A stretch of 64,000 nt of DNA. It comes from Tubiluchus corallicola. Its lineage: Eukaryota; Animalia; Priapulida. Made by a program: the position numbers and the translations under genes. Every line of letters begins with the position of its first letter. Position 1 is the first letter of the stretch. The notes beneath the pieces were generated by a model. The model had not been told where the DNA came from. It saw only the letters and a list, made by a program, of their open reading frames with translations, and searched no databases. Below are positions 29,873 through 42,500 of the stretch, piece by piece. Location of the stretch: positions 62,001 to 126,000 of the forward strand of contig JAQGDQ010000358.1 of the NCBI GenBank assembly GCA_030141605.1, in the 5' to 3' direction.

Positions 29873-32307
29873 AAATTATTAATTTATGTATATGTATAAG
29901 TATAAATCTATTTAAATATGAAAAAATGTTATGGTATATACTTGGTAACCGAGGATCTCGATGTCACGCCTATCTGCGCAACATGTTGCATCTTTACGTG
30001 TAAATAATGGTTACCATTACGAGCATTCACTATGTTACATGGTTACATGGATTCCGCAAGTTGTAAAATACGCAAAAATTACTTTCCTTAAAATATCGCA
30101 AAAAACAGGAACAATGTACGAACATCAAGAAATAGTGTACTCCCAGCTGCTGCCTCCGTATAAAACAACCTCTTCAAAAGAAGAAAGGGTGCTCCAGATA
30201 AGGTACATGAATTACATAGTGAAGTATAATCTCTTAATTCAGTATCTGTCTATATTATAATGTATTATAGAGAATGAGGTAAGAATGACTGCAATCAGAA
30301 GAGAATTATTAGTTCCCCACATGCACTACGCAATCCGCCCCCCCCCCTTAATAATAAAGCTGTGCACATTGACTGTGCACACTTGGGTCAAGAATGTTAA
30401 AATTATAGGATGCATATGCAATTTAAAGCACATGCACATTGCACAACATTGAATTAAAAATACTGCGCATTATTTAAAGAACATTCAGAGTGCGCATTAT
30501 TGTTCGAATTTGTAATAACATCGGCGTGCTTACATAGCTCTAATCCATAGAATTATTACCTCAATGTGCGCAGGTGGTACACAACATAATAATAATAATA
30601 ACATGGATACCTACGAAGCTGCGAGCATGCAGACGGGTGTCGGGTTGTTTACTTAGCTTACAGAGTTCAGTTTTAGCCTGTTAAAATCGTTATTCTGTTT
30701 CTTTGTTAGCGTTAACTAGGCGAGTTGGATGATATTTTCGCACAAGTTTATAAAGGCAAGTGTTTATTAGCAATACAGCTATTAAATAGCGCTAGACTAT
30801 TATGATCTTGTTGCTCTACTCGCAAATTACATCACGTCAGCCTACATGGGTGTCCCGCAACATGGTGCGTCATATTGCTACGTCATATCTCCGTAGCGAT
30901 AATAATATCCTTTACACACATCCTTTTATTTCATTCGCAAAAAGAAATTCTTCGATTGTAATTATTTATTGTCTGCCTGCCGGGTGTCGTTGATTCTGTT
31001 AAGGTTTGAAGCATTGTCATCAGTTTTTTGTGTTCTTTTCAGTCCGTCCCTTTTGATTTCTAAGTTTTGGTTATGTTGTTTCTTTCTTGAAATTTCTGGA
31101 GTGCCCGTTATGCAGCGCTTACCCACATCACCGATGGCGGGCCGTAAAGCTATCTGCCAGGTCGAACCTCGGAACAATATACACGCGCGTGCGCTTATAG
31201 CTGTTTAATGTGCACACCAGTCAAGAACACCCACGTTGGTTTCTCATAATTTTTTTTCTTATTTTTTAAATTTTATCAGCTGATATGCAGTTAAACGGTA
31301 GCACTTAGACGGTTTTAGACGTTTACTAAATTAGAAGTTTGTGTTGTGTTCAAGAAATATTTCTGTGTACAGTAATTATTCTGGGCACGCTTACCTACCC
31401 TTACAAATGATCTATTCTCTGCAACAAGATTTCTTTTTTTAATTCAGAGGGTTAGATGTGAGACTTCAGAGGGTTCTGAACTAAACTGGTATCTGTCAAA
31501 TTGTCATACAGCGACCAGAGAATCGGCGTTATGAGAAGGGTACGGTAATGAGTGAATAATTTATTTGGCTGGTGATTCGTATCGATCATCTAGCATCCAC
31601 AGAGGGTTTCTTGTCAGAAATCTGTTGCAGCGAATCGAACATTGGTCATTGTTTTCTTATTTTATGTGTGCTTTTGACTTCTTTCTTTCTACTAACTGCA
31701 ACATAGCTCTTCTTTATTTTCCTCTTCTCTCATCATCGTCATTCTTTGTTTCACACTTCATGGTGGCTTAACAAGGTCCCTTTGATAGCTAGCTACCACG
31801 AGGCACTCTTCAACTAGCTACTTTAATACAGTACGTTTAAGGACTCAGAAATTATTTTATTTTTTGTTTTGTCAATTATACAAAAAATTTTTACATGTTT
31901 TTGTATTATTGTAGTTGCTTGTGAAATAAACTGAATTTGAGTTTGAAAGTTACTCACAGATGAAGATGAAGTGTTTGCGTATAGCTTGCATATCTCAATA
32001 TTAGGTAGTACAGTCTGTGAAGTTACTAAATCTTTTACAGAGTGTTATGGCACGCAATTAAAATAACTAAAAATAGCCTGTGCTGAATCACAAACAATAT
32101 GTCAAGAGCAATATTTTACATTTTTAATATATTTATTATCATTAAAAAAACCCTAAAATTAAGAACCAAAACAATCGTTGCGCTTTTTCCGAATAACGCA
32201 CACCCATGTTTTAGAGCAGCTTATGTTTCACTTAGTTTTCTCATTTTTCTGTTTCTCTTACAGTAACAATTTGTTGAAAACAGAAGGCGGGCTGATTTCG
32301 GTGCAGA

Positions 32308-33905
32308 ATGGTGTTCGATTCACCATGCATGTCTTATATGGCTGTGTACCTTATTTCTTGGCAAATAATTAACAGTAATACAAGATCATCTAATTTATGG
32401 CGAGTAAATGCCGAGCTGGGGATAGTAGCGCCTAGTGACATTGGGTCACTTGATGAAACAGTATCAGCAACAGAAGAAGATGTGATGATGAGCATCTTGA
32501 CAAGACCGTTGCATGTAGATTCTAGTGGTTTTTGGGTTCTTGACACCGATAATTACCACTGTGCCAATTGCAATGTAAAATCTGTGCCGTCAAGAAGTCA
32601 CCATGATGATGCCACTGTAACGTCAATACTTGCTTCTGGGTTAGTAGTATCCCTTTTCCGACTTTCTGCTTAACTGTTGTTCAGTGCCTACAATCAGCAA
32701 TTACAGCACGTTCCAGGCAGTTTTTTGCAAGTGCTGCTTCTTTTTATAAACTCAAAAGGCAGTTCCACTTTAGTTTAAATGTCATTGATACGATGTTAGT
32801 GATGGTTTCATGTCTGTGACTGGCTGAGTGTGTGTGTAGAGGATGCAGCATCATACAGGGCATGGAATACTAAAGTACTGCAATAGGGCATAACTACTAT
32901 AACCTGATGAATAGTAAAATAAAATCGAAATGAATAAATTAGACTCGAGTGGATGTATTCCTTTAGCGTGAAAACTGCTATGCCCATTATTTTAAAAGAT
33001 AACACGTAACGTAAGTTAAAAATGCATTGTAATGTTATTTTTTGTCTATATTTCTTACGTTTCTTATGAACGTCATAGCATGTGGAACTTCTTAAAATTA
33101 TCTCTCACCTAACAAACATGCCATGGTACTGCTGTCAAATTATATTGAACGCCTTTCAATTTTTTATAGGGTGGCAAAAGCTGAAAAAAATGTTCACTCG
33201 AAAAAAGCTGAAAAAACTGTGGATTGCACACCTTATGTGAATGTAACCAAGTTTGACAGCCTCATGGGCGTAGCCAACCGAAAACAACATCCTCCAGCGT
33301 CTGAGCCTGACATAGCCTTGATGTTTAAAAGAAAAACGGTTAAAAGCTCTGATGTGGATCTGGTGCAGTTAGAGAAAAAGCTAAGAAAAGCAAAGAAAGA
33401 TGTAAGTTCAGTTTAACTGTGAATTGTTAATTGCTCTGTTGTGAATTAGTACCAATCGTTTATGCTCACATCTAGATACTTTTTTGGCAGGTATATTCAA
33501 GTTACATGTCAAAATTATTTTGTTGTTGTCAGATAATATGTCCACTTTTTACGGTTTCACCATTGATAACACGGTAACACAAAACATAAAATCACATTCC
33601 ATGTCATTTCGACTTTTGTCATTACATTTTCTTACTTTGTGCAATACTGTCTTTTCCGATTCTGCCAAAGTATAAACATCACAAAAAAAGAAAATGCATG
33701 ATTTTGGCATCCAGTAGACAACTGTATTTAACACATCAAAAGAATGCAAGTCAGAATTTGAAATGAAAGCTGTGAAAATTCTTGACGGGAGTCACTGCAG
33801 TCCTTGTCAGAAAAGTAGGATAAAGTGTTATAATTATCTAGTGTGTGACGATAGAGCTACTTTAGCTATTCAACTTTTGTTATACACACACACACACACA
33901 CACAT

Positions 33906-33973
<68 letters not shown>

Positions 33974-35544
33974 TGATTTGCATCAATATAGTATTAAGGG
34001 TAAATGGTTAAAAACTATGAGTTGCATTTTTTTAGCTACTCGGGATATGTTGGTCCGGATAATTGAGGATGTACTGTATTGCTAAAGCTTGTTTGTGAAG
34101 ACATATATTCACACTACACGCTTCAAAAGTTACGATGCTGTAAGGCTTCTTCAAACGTTAATGCAGGAAAGAGCGTCATTATAAATGTATTTCACAGTCC
34201 ACTCAAATTATGCACTGTGCAAAATCTTTGAAAGCAACAACAAACTATGTTACAAATATTACAATGATATTAAATTACTAATTATCACCCTACTTTGTTG
34301 CAGCTGGTAGGAGGCATTGTAACTGTGTGGAAAATTAAGTTGTGGCAGGTTTTGCCTTTCTACGGTTCAGAAAAGAAACAACTTTTTCAGGGCATTTAGT
34401 CAAAGTGATACCCTGGGCAGACCGCCTCGCCCCTCAGCTATGCCACTGGTTTAGTTCTGTATAATTTGTGGCATAGGTAGCGAAACGTATGGACAAGACT
34501 CGTAACTTGTGACCAGTTTTATAAAAGTTCCCATTAGAATTGTTCAAAAGCTCACACAGCCAAAACAAGCGAAAAATATTTAAGACTACAAAATTCAGCA
34601 AACCTTGAAGGGAGAGTACAGATCTGTTGTGTAAGACTTCGATTACAAATCTTAAACGTATTTTTTTAAGTTGGGGAGCTCTTTTAATGTGACAGAGGTA
34701 GTGTGCATCAATTCTTTTTAATTTGAACATCCCTAATCTAATTGTAGTCATTAAAATTTATTTGAATTGAAAAGAAAGTGCACATTTTATGGTAATTTTA
34801 TTTGTGCTGATTTTTATAACTGACTTGGTTTGTGACCCTCTATATGGAATTATTTCATATTCAAAAAACTAGAACATCTAACAAAACCACTAAATTTTCA
34901 CAATTAACCAATTAAGTTTCACTCAATTTTTTGCATTTTAACTGGCTGATCTTGATTATTTTTTACAGAAGCCGAAAAGTGTGGACGTTTACAATCAAAT
35001 TGGAAACTTCTGGAGAATAAAAGGTAGCACACACAAATCAATAGAGTGCTTCCGTAAGGCACTGTCTTTGCAACCGGACCATCCCGATGTGTTACTCAAC
35101 CTTGCCAGGGTGTTATTTCATTTACAGTATTTAGATGATGCCAAATATTTAATTCTTCGTTCACTAGAAAAGCAGTCGCTAGAGCAAAACTGGCTGCAGC
35201 ATTTTACACTGGGAGAAATCCTGAAAGCATATGGCCATGAGCAGGAAGCTCGTATTCATTTTCATCATGCGCTGGAGCTTAACCCGTCATTTTTTCCAGC
35301 TGAAGAACACCTTCGAAAAATGGAGGTGATGCCCGAGGCCACTATAACAATATATACGCTACTTATTATAGCGTTTTTAGTTATGGCAGTATTGCTGGGA
35401 CTGCTGTCCTCCATAGAGGGTGGCGTTGATTATGGCGAAATTTTAAAAACTCAGCGGCATTTCAATCGAGCGATGGCAATGAGGTCGATAAAACTAGGTG
35501 GAACGGGCCAACGTCAAACACGAATGAAAAAATACAACTCATAA
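32308..35544 (+). CDS. Tetratricopeptide-repeat protein, TTC17-like, with C-terminal transmembrane segment; 3 coding exons, about 379 aa
   Basis: Exons 32308-32639, 33170-33401 and 34969-35544 are phase-compatible (1140 nt); the start could also be ATG 32338. Motifs FDSLMGVANR, YNQIGNFWRIKGSTHKSIECFRKAL and DVLLNLARVL recall TTC17 TPR blocks; hydrophobic ITIYTLLIIAFLVMAVLLGLL is followed by a basic tail. Confidence 0.82.
33883..33972. repeat. (CA)n(TA)n dinucleotide microsatellite
   Basis: Directly visible. Confidence 0.97.
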
Positions 35545-37260
35545 AATACCATAGAAGTGATTCTGCATTCATTTTAAAATGTCCGTAGGAGGATATCATA
35601 CAATCATTTACGTTCAGGTGTAGTTCCAAAAACGAACCAGCTTACGGTTCTACCTACTACATTTTATGATTACTATTAATTTATTTATTTGTGTGGGAGG
35701 TTGAACTCCCCTGTGCCAATATAAAGTATTTTAGTGTTTTGCCTTTTACATGTTTTAAATGTTTTGAAATGAGCATGTTGAAAAAAATTCCACTGTTTGG
35801 CATTGTTTTTGGTAGTACAATAGACTACAACATAACAGCATAATTTTTATTCCTTCAGTAAGAATACTCAGTTTAAGGTTAGAACATCTATTAATACAAT
35901 TTACGAGTCTTGCCTGAGAGACTAAATGATAATACAAAACTTATGACTACAGATGGGCCATGTACAAAGAAAAAATATTAACATGCCCAGTGCTATAATA
36001 CAGTTAGCAGAATGCAAAAAGAAAGTTAATACAATAAGCTAACAAAAAGTTTCAATTCTCATGATCTACATAGTAGTGTGCTGAATTAAAGCACATAGAA
36101 AGGAATTGTTCATTAACAGAAGCAGAACAAATGAACAAGAAATTTTAAAAGAGGAAACTAATTATTTTATCAGACAGACGTTAATTATAAACCAGGATTT
36201 CAAAAATTTATGCAATGCACATGTAAAGAACCAAAACCTGGAACTTTAGATAATGTGAACATGGATATATTTCAATTTTCAAACAAAGAAAAACAAAATT
36301 GTGAGGCTGCAAGCATGGTGTTCTATTTTGCACAGTGAAATAACATTTGCTTCTGTCTTAGATATTGTAAGTAACTGATTCTCAAACACTTAACCCTCAA
36401 GAGCACAAAAATGCCAAAGGCTTTAATTCACATGATCATTTTTACAAGGTCTCAAATTACATCACCTTACATGTGGCGGGTGAGCTGAATAGTGCTTGGC
36501 CGATGCAGTTAAGCAACCCTTACCGAGCATGATCAGTGAATGGATGCATGACTTTTGGGCTCAATATTCGATCTGGCAGTTTCACATGGCATACTGCCTG
36601 TATCTCACTGAAGGAAGATTGCACACATCAAAACCTGTGTTGTGCCAAAATCCTGTGCTATTCCAGCATCTCCATCTTGGGTGATTAAACTGATTATTCA
36701 ACAGTAAGATAGTTTCATTACCCACAAAATTATCTACGTTGAATAAACACTGTATCATGTGTTAGATCCAATTTGTAGAGGTCCAGACTGTATAAAAGTA
36801 TAATTTTGCTTTAAAGGAAAACAGGATGATTTTTCATGCCCTATCTCACTTTTTGAAGTACAGTAAAATGTATACATTTTTAACATCTATAATAATGCCA
36901 AAATGTGTCTGATAATTTAATAATAGGTTAAAAAGCTAATTAACAGTGAGAAAGAGCCCAACTAGTGATGACATCACAGCTGAACATAATTTCATCATGT
37001 GATGACATCACAAAAACCTCATTTCAGATTATTTTAATTGTCTCAAGGTAGCCAGCAACATCATTCCTCAACACCAGCATTCAGATCATCAGCAAATCCT
37101 TGACGTACTTTCCCTTGGATACAAAGACATCTATGGCATGTGCTCATTCCTCACCATCCTCCGTGTGTGAACGGCTTATACGGTTTCTTAACTTTTCACC
37201 AGAACACTACTGTTGGGCGTGCAAAGTCGATCATTTTTACGAACATGTCAAGTTATCAAG

Positions 37261-39964
37261 CTACAACCCTTTCTTTAAAACCAGTACACCAAACATCACA
37301 AATAGTTCAAGCAAAGCTGGTAAAGCACTGCAGAAGCAAAAGACCCACCAGTATAGATCACAGTCCCAGACATCAAAGATGAAAAATGCTAATGCAATTG
37401 AGCCACTAGTATGTGACAAAATGGCTGGAAGAACATTAAGGAAAAAACCGATTTACATCAGGAAACATTTTTAAATATGATTTTACGATATCTAATTTCT
37501 TTGTTAGCAGAGTAGTTAACATTAGTTAAAAGTAGTTAGCAGACTTGGACAAAGTATCATCCCTTTTACAACGAACCTCTTTGTACAGCCATTTCCCCCT
37601 TAGCACTGTTTTGCTTGCTGTGTGTATGTATGAATTCATTTGTGTTATGAGCTATTCTCTCGGATTTCAAACCCAATGTAAAAATATAGAGTTTTGGTTG
37701 TGCCATTTTGACCATCAGAGGAATTTGGTCATTGTCTGTTATTCAGAGGAAAACAATAACTGTTTTTGTCCAAGTAGTATTAAGATACACATATGTACAT
37801 TCATAAAAACTTCTAGCTTTGAATTTGTAACACCACAAATACCTGGAAAAGTTAATCCATGTTGCCTCATTATGATCTGTCCACACAGCCAGTTGCACTT
37901 ATGGGAGAAGCAACAAATATCATACTTGTTTCTACCTCACTCAATGTTCCCTGACACATCCTTTCATTTAAAGCCTACCTGTTAGTTTAGTTCACTCCCC
38001 TGCATGCTACTTCTCTTGCCCATGGAAATCATTCTAAACTTGTGGAAGCAGCATGATACAAAGGAGTCGTCACATATTTTATGGTGTTAGAAATAAGGGC
38101 AAAAACTCTGGAGATTGCAAAGTTGAAATATGCTGCATCTATCAGTAGTTCGATTTCTTAACAAGGTTATCCAATTTACTGATTAAATCAGCATCTGACA
38201 AGGATACAAAATAAGGCAGCTGTAGGCATAAACATTGAAATTCCTGTAAGAAAACCTGTTAGTTCCAGAGCAATTAGGCCCAGTGTGACAGACAAACCAA
38301 CCACGAGCCTGAAAAAAAGGGCAATAAATACTACGTGACTGTTTATATTTATACTTTTTATATTTTACATAAGTACAAATTACCCAGAGCTTAAATGTGC
38401 AACATTACAACAATTTCCACAACTGCCATCAAACATTTGAAAGCAATTATTTAATGACTAAGAAATTTTACATATTTATTGTGATATATGTGCAACATTG
38501 ACTAGGTTCATATAAACTCAGTAATTGCTAAGAGTACTTTTGTCCACGATGCAAAATTTAAGATAAATTAGGGCAATGAGTACCTCAAAAAACCTCTGTC
38601 AGTATAATGTCTGTCATAAAGATATTATTTGACAAATGTAAGACAGCCTGTATTTGCACAACAACAAATAATGGCTAACATAAAGTACCAAATTAGAACA
38701 AGGAGAAGAAATAAAGTTACAAAACATAAAAATCTAACAACTCAGTTTTGGTAAACACGATTAGCAGTTTGAAGTTTCAATATACTATAATCTGTGCCTA
38801 TGGCATGCATTAAAGCACAAACCATGAATTAATACAGTTTAGAGTGAATTTAAGTCAAGTCCCAATCAGCATCTCTGTAAGCACTAACTGCAACCCAGGA
38901 GGGATAAAAAATTAAGCAAACTATCCTTAAAAGTTTTTATAGAACACACCAAGAAAAAGACTTGGGATTTTAATTTGGTTTACCAGAGGTAACATTCTGA
39001 TAATTTAATTTTAATTACATGGGAAATCTCTTTTTGTCATGGCTGGCATGGTCTTTCAAGAGCAAAATTTCAAATCTGGCTTGAAAAATCAACTTTCATG
39101 TTATGAGAAAACTATGATTAAATTTATGGTCAAGACTAATACTGCCACATTATGCTTCAATTCAATTTAATAATTTTTTATTTGGCTGATTTGCATCGAT
39201 CACAAAAAATTCCAGCTATGTACATAATGATAATCGCATTACCATAATAAGTACTATTTGAAAATTGTACAAATCAGCGGCGAGGAGAGTAAGACGCGAG
39301 CTTTTGAGACTCACTATGAGATGGCGCAAGTACATGGTGCAGACAAATACAAAATATCTCGCAGTTAAGGCAATACTCGGTTACAATTACAGTTAATGGT
39401 AGCAACACAACAAATGATATTAGGAATATACTTAAAATGTCAATTAGCAGGTTAAGTAAAAATTTAGTAACAAATTAAAAAACACTTTTCAAAACATTGT
39501 AATTGAAATTCTTTTGTCCAAGGAGGAGCATCTACTTACTGTGTATCTTTTTTATGATATTCTTCATCATTGTAGAGCTCAGGTAAGCAAGCTTTCACAT
39601 TATCATCCTGCACAGATATAAAAAAAATCATTATGAAAAAGACCAGGAATTTGTCCTCATCTAAATAAATAACATAAATTTCAAAATTTAATATAGTATG
39701 ATAACAGAAACACTATCAAGCTCAATGCACCATTTTAAGAAAAATACTTAAGCTAGTTATAAACAACCAGATCATAAAAATTACAGTATTAAATTTCGAA
39801 AGTTACTTTCTTCATTAAAGCTTTACATGTCTTTTTACTACTAAGTAACAAAACTATAACGATGTAACAAGGAAACTTACTCGTCCCCAGAATATGACCC
39901 ATGTTATAATCAGATGAGCCATCAGTGTTAAAAAGCGAGCAGGCACAATACCTGGTATACTCAT
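37261..39964 (-). CDS. TMEM107: Transmembrane protein 107 (ciliary transition-zone protein), 4 coding exons, 138 aa
   Basis: Exons 39964-39881 (MSIPGIVPARFLTLMAHLIITWVIFWGR), 39607-39540 (DDNVKACLPELYNDEEYHKKDT), 38308-38208 (LVVGLSVTLGLIALELTGFLTGISMFMPTAALF) and 37424-37261 (SILSHTSGSIALAFFIFDVWDCDLYWWVFCFCSALPALLE...GL*). Colinear with recalled human TMEM107 (LVPSRFLTLLAHL, LSVTLGL, FCSALPA). A probable 5'UTR exon ends at 40635. Confidence 0.93.
37425..38207 (-). other. U12-type (minor spliceosome) GT-AG intron of TMEM107
   Basis: 5' splice site GTATCCTTGT at 38207 and branch sequence TTTTCCTTAAT about 10 nt upstream of the acceptor (..TTCCTTAATGTTCTTCCAG); both fit the U12 consensus. Confidence 0.85.
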
Positions 39965-41518
39965 CCTGTAAAAATGATTTTTTAAATGAACATAACTTAT
40001 AGCTTTTGTCTTGTCCCAGATGATCCCTAAAATTCTGTTTCCAGTGATTCTAAAAATAACGATTTTAAGCATTATAATGCCTATGTTTCTTTCCTTGCTA
40101 CATAAACACTTGTCACTTAAAGACCCAGGGATGCACCAAATATTCAGATAGCTGAATTTTGGTATGCCAAAGTTACGTTTTTAATGATTACAAGTCATAT
40201 TCGGTGAAATTTACATTAATCAAACCAAATATTTTTCTATGATGCTTATAAGTCATTAGAAAAAAGTAGACAGCAAACAGTAAACATGGCACAACAATCG
40301 GCATTTTGCTTTGTGTTACAGTATGATTACTCAAAGAGTGCATTACACTGTGGATACACAAGTCGTGTCAATGTGCAATATTGCGGCGGTGCTGTATTAT
40401 ACACAACAAAAACAAAAGTAGGCATAATATAACACATTCAAGAAAATTACAATTCTTAAATTAGTTTGCACTATCACCTTCCAGGGTAGATTGTAGTTTA
40501 GGTGGTTCTTTTTTAAGGCACTCTCACATTGCCCAATAGGACCACAATAGAAAGATGCATCCTTTAAATGCACACTTATGTAAAGAAAAGTTGAAACAAT
40601 CCTATTTATAAAAAAAATAATTTTAAAAACTTACTGTTAGCGTCGCGAGAACGGACTAAGATTGAGCGATTTCATGAAATACATTCATTTGGGATTTAGC
40701 AGAGAGCGATATTTTTATCTACTACTGTGGACCACAGCCTTCACAAAAAAAGTACCAAAGTGTGAACTTACTGAAAAGTTAAAGAAAGCCTCGGGCGAAT
40801 TTCCTCAACATGCGCCATTTTGCAGCGTCTGTGTGTGCCAAAAAGTGGCATCCTCTACCTGCGTTGCTTTGTAACTTTTGTTTCTGTTTCGAAATTTGGC
40901 ACAATCAGCAAAGCAGGGTTGTGGTTTATACAATAAAATAATTAATATCGGAGCATACGATAACTTGAGTCTTCATGCCGGATTAAAAAGGTGACTGTAC
41001 GAAGATTGTTAATTAGCTAGTCAATTAACTAGTTTTGGCGAGTTTGCAGCACAGCAGGTTGGGTTGGATAGCTTGGCATTCTTGGTGGCTTTGCAATGGG
41101 GCGGGAGAGTGAAAGGCGGTTTGTAGAGGGAAGGAGGTAGAATGTCAGCAGTGGGACTGATATGGATGGTAGTACAGTGTGAGAACCACCTAAACTGCAA
41201 GTGCCCCGTCTTCCAAAATAGTAATAGGCGCCCACTACATCTAAATGTAGTACCCTCCAGTTGAATATTAGTCTCATATTACATTTCTATCCCTACTTAC
41301 CTTTTGGCAGGTCTGTGAAAATGACAGACATAAGTTCCTTAATGCAATCCATTTCCATTCCATTTTTGTCTATAGACAAAATGTTTTCACATGTATAACT
41401 TAACCACATTACCATAGGTAAACACGCATCAAACTACAGATATACACCCATTCATAATGATTTATTTTAACCTATTTTACGCACATTTAACGTTAGCGTA
41501 GTTAAGCAAGGACTTACT

Positions 41519-41702
41519 GTACCTTATCAAAAGAAATAAGGACCTAGATGGTAACTATCTATAAACGATCCTCTTTCATATGCCTTTTGAAACTGTCAAC
41601 TGATGAAGCACTGATGGTTGATGATGATTCCATGGTTGAACCACACCATGCCCAAAGAAATGTGATCTGATTTTGGTTCCAGCTGGTTGTACAAATAACT
41701 TA
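41519..41702 (-). mobile_element. 3' end fragment of a CR1-like LINE (same family as 46000-46837)
   Basis: Reverse complement closely matches 46645-46837, including tcgtttatagatagttaccatctaggtccttatttcttt. Confidence 0.8.
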
Positions 41703-41959
41703 TTTGTAATTTACTCTTTGTAAAATCCCAGTAGGCATTTGAGTTTATACTAATTTCTTTCTTTGTGCTTTCTGTTATTGTAATTACGCTATTAAAACAT
41801 TTGTTTAATCATTGTCGCACATATCGCACATTTTCTTCAATATTTTTAAATGTGAGTTACAAGCAAAAGCGTGCGACTTCGTTCGGCAATATGGTATTAG
41901 CAAATTAGCTCTTACTGAACACACATATGAACACACATTGATGAAATATCCAATAGAAC

Positions 41960-42500
41960 TGAGAAACGATTATGGATGATAAGGCGTTCTTTCACCTGTA
42001 TGGACACTGATTATGATGGCTGCTTTATAAAAAACATTCATAAGACCGATCGTGGACTACCATGATGTAATTATAGGGTCAATCCAAACTTCAAGCAATA
42101 TGTGAGGTAGAATCCATTCAACAGAAAGTCAACAAGTAGTACCATCAATAATGGATATAATATAGCACGATTCGGTCACCTTTTCTTCTGAAACGTACCG
42201 ATGGTAACTTCAGTCTCTGCATTCCCTCTGTATATGATAGATCTATGATTATAAGAATTGATAGCAGAAAATATTTTTCATCTAATCCACATGGAGCTAA
42301 TATATAAGATCACAAAGCCCAGATAAAGAAACAAGAAGAGATTCATTTTCAGAGTGGCAAATGACCGGAATTCTCTCAATACATCGATATGGGGCACCAC
42401 ACATTAGCAGGAATTAAAAAGCATAATCAACATAAGAAGAAATTAAACATGTACTGGGAACACCATCCTATGAAATTCCAAGATCAGTTCCAGCCTGAGT
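41960..42500 (+). mobile_element. Highly decayed CR1-like LINE ORF2 3' remnant
   Basis: Translated pieces KTFIRPIVDY, ESIQQK, FRVANDRNSL and YWEHHPMKF resemble the CR1 C-terminus (LYKSLVRPHLEY, RVVNxWNSL); many frameshifts. Confidence 0.55.

Noticed and set aside
35545-37260. U8 snoRNA (SNORD118), which lies at the 3' end of vertebrate TMEM107
   Set aside because: No recognisable U8 5' sequence or convincing C/D box pair by eye; the gtgatgacatcaca repeats near 36965 and 36998 are short palindromes. An Infernal search with the U8 model would be needed to exclude it.
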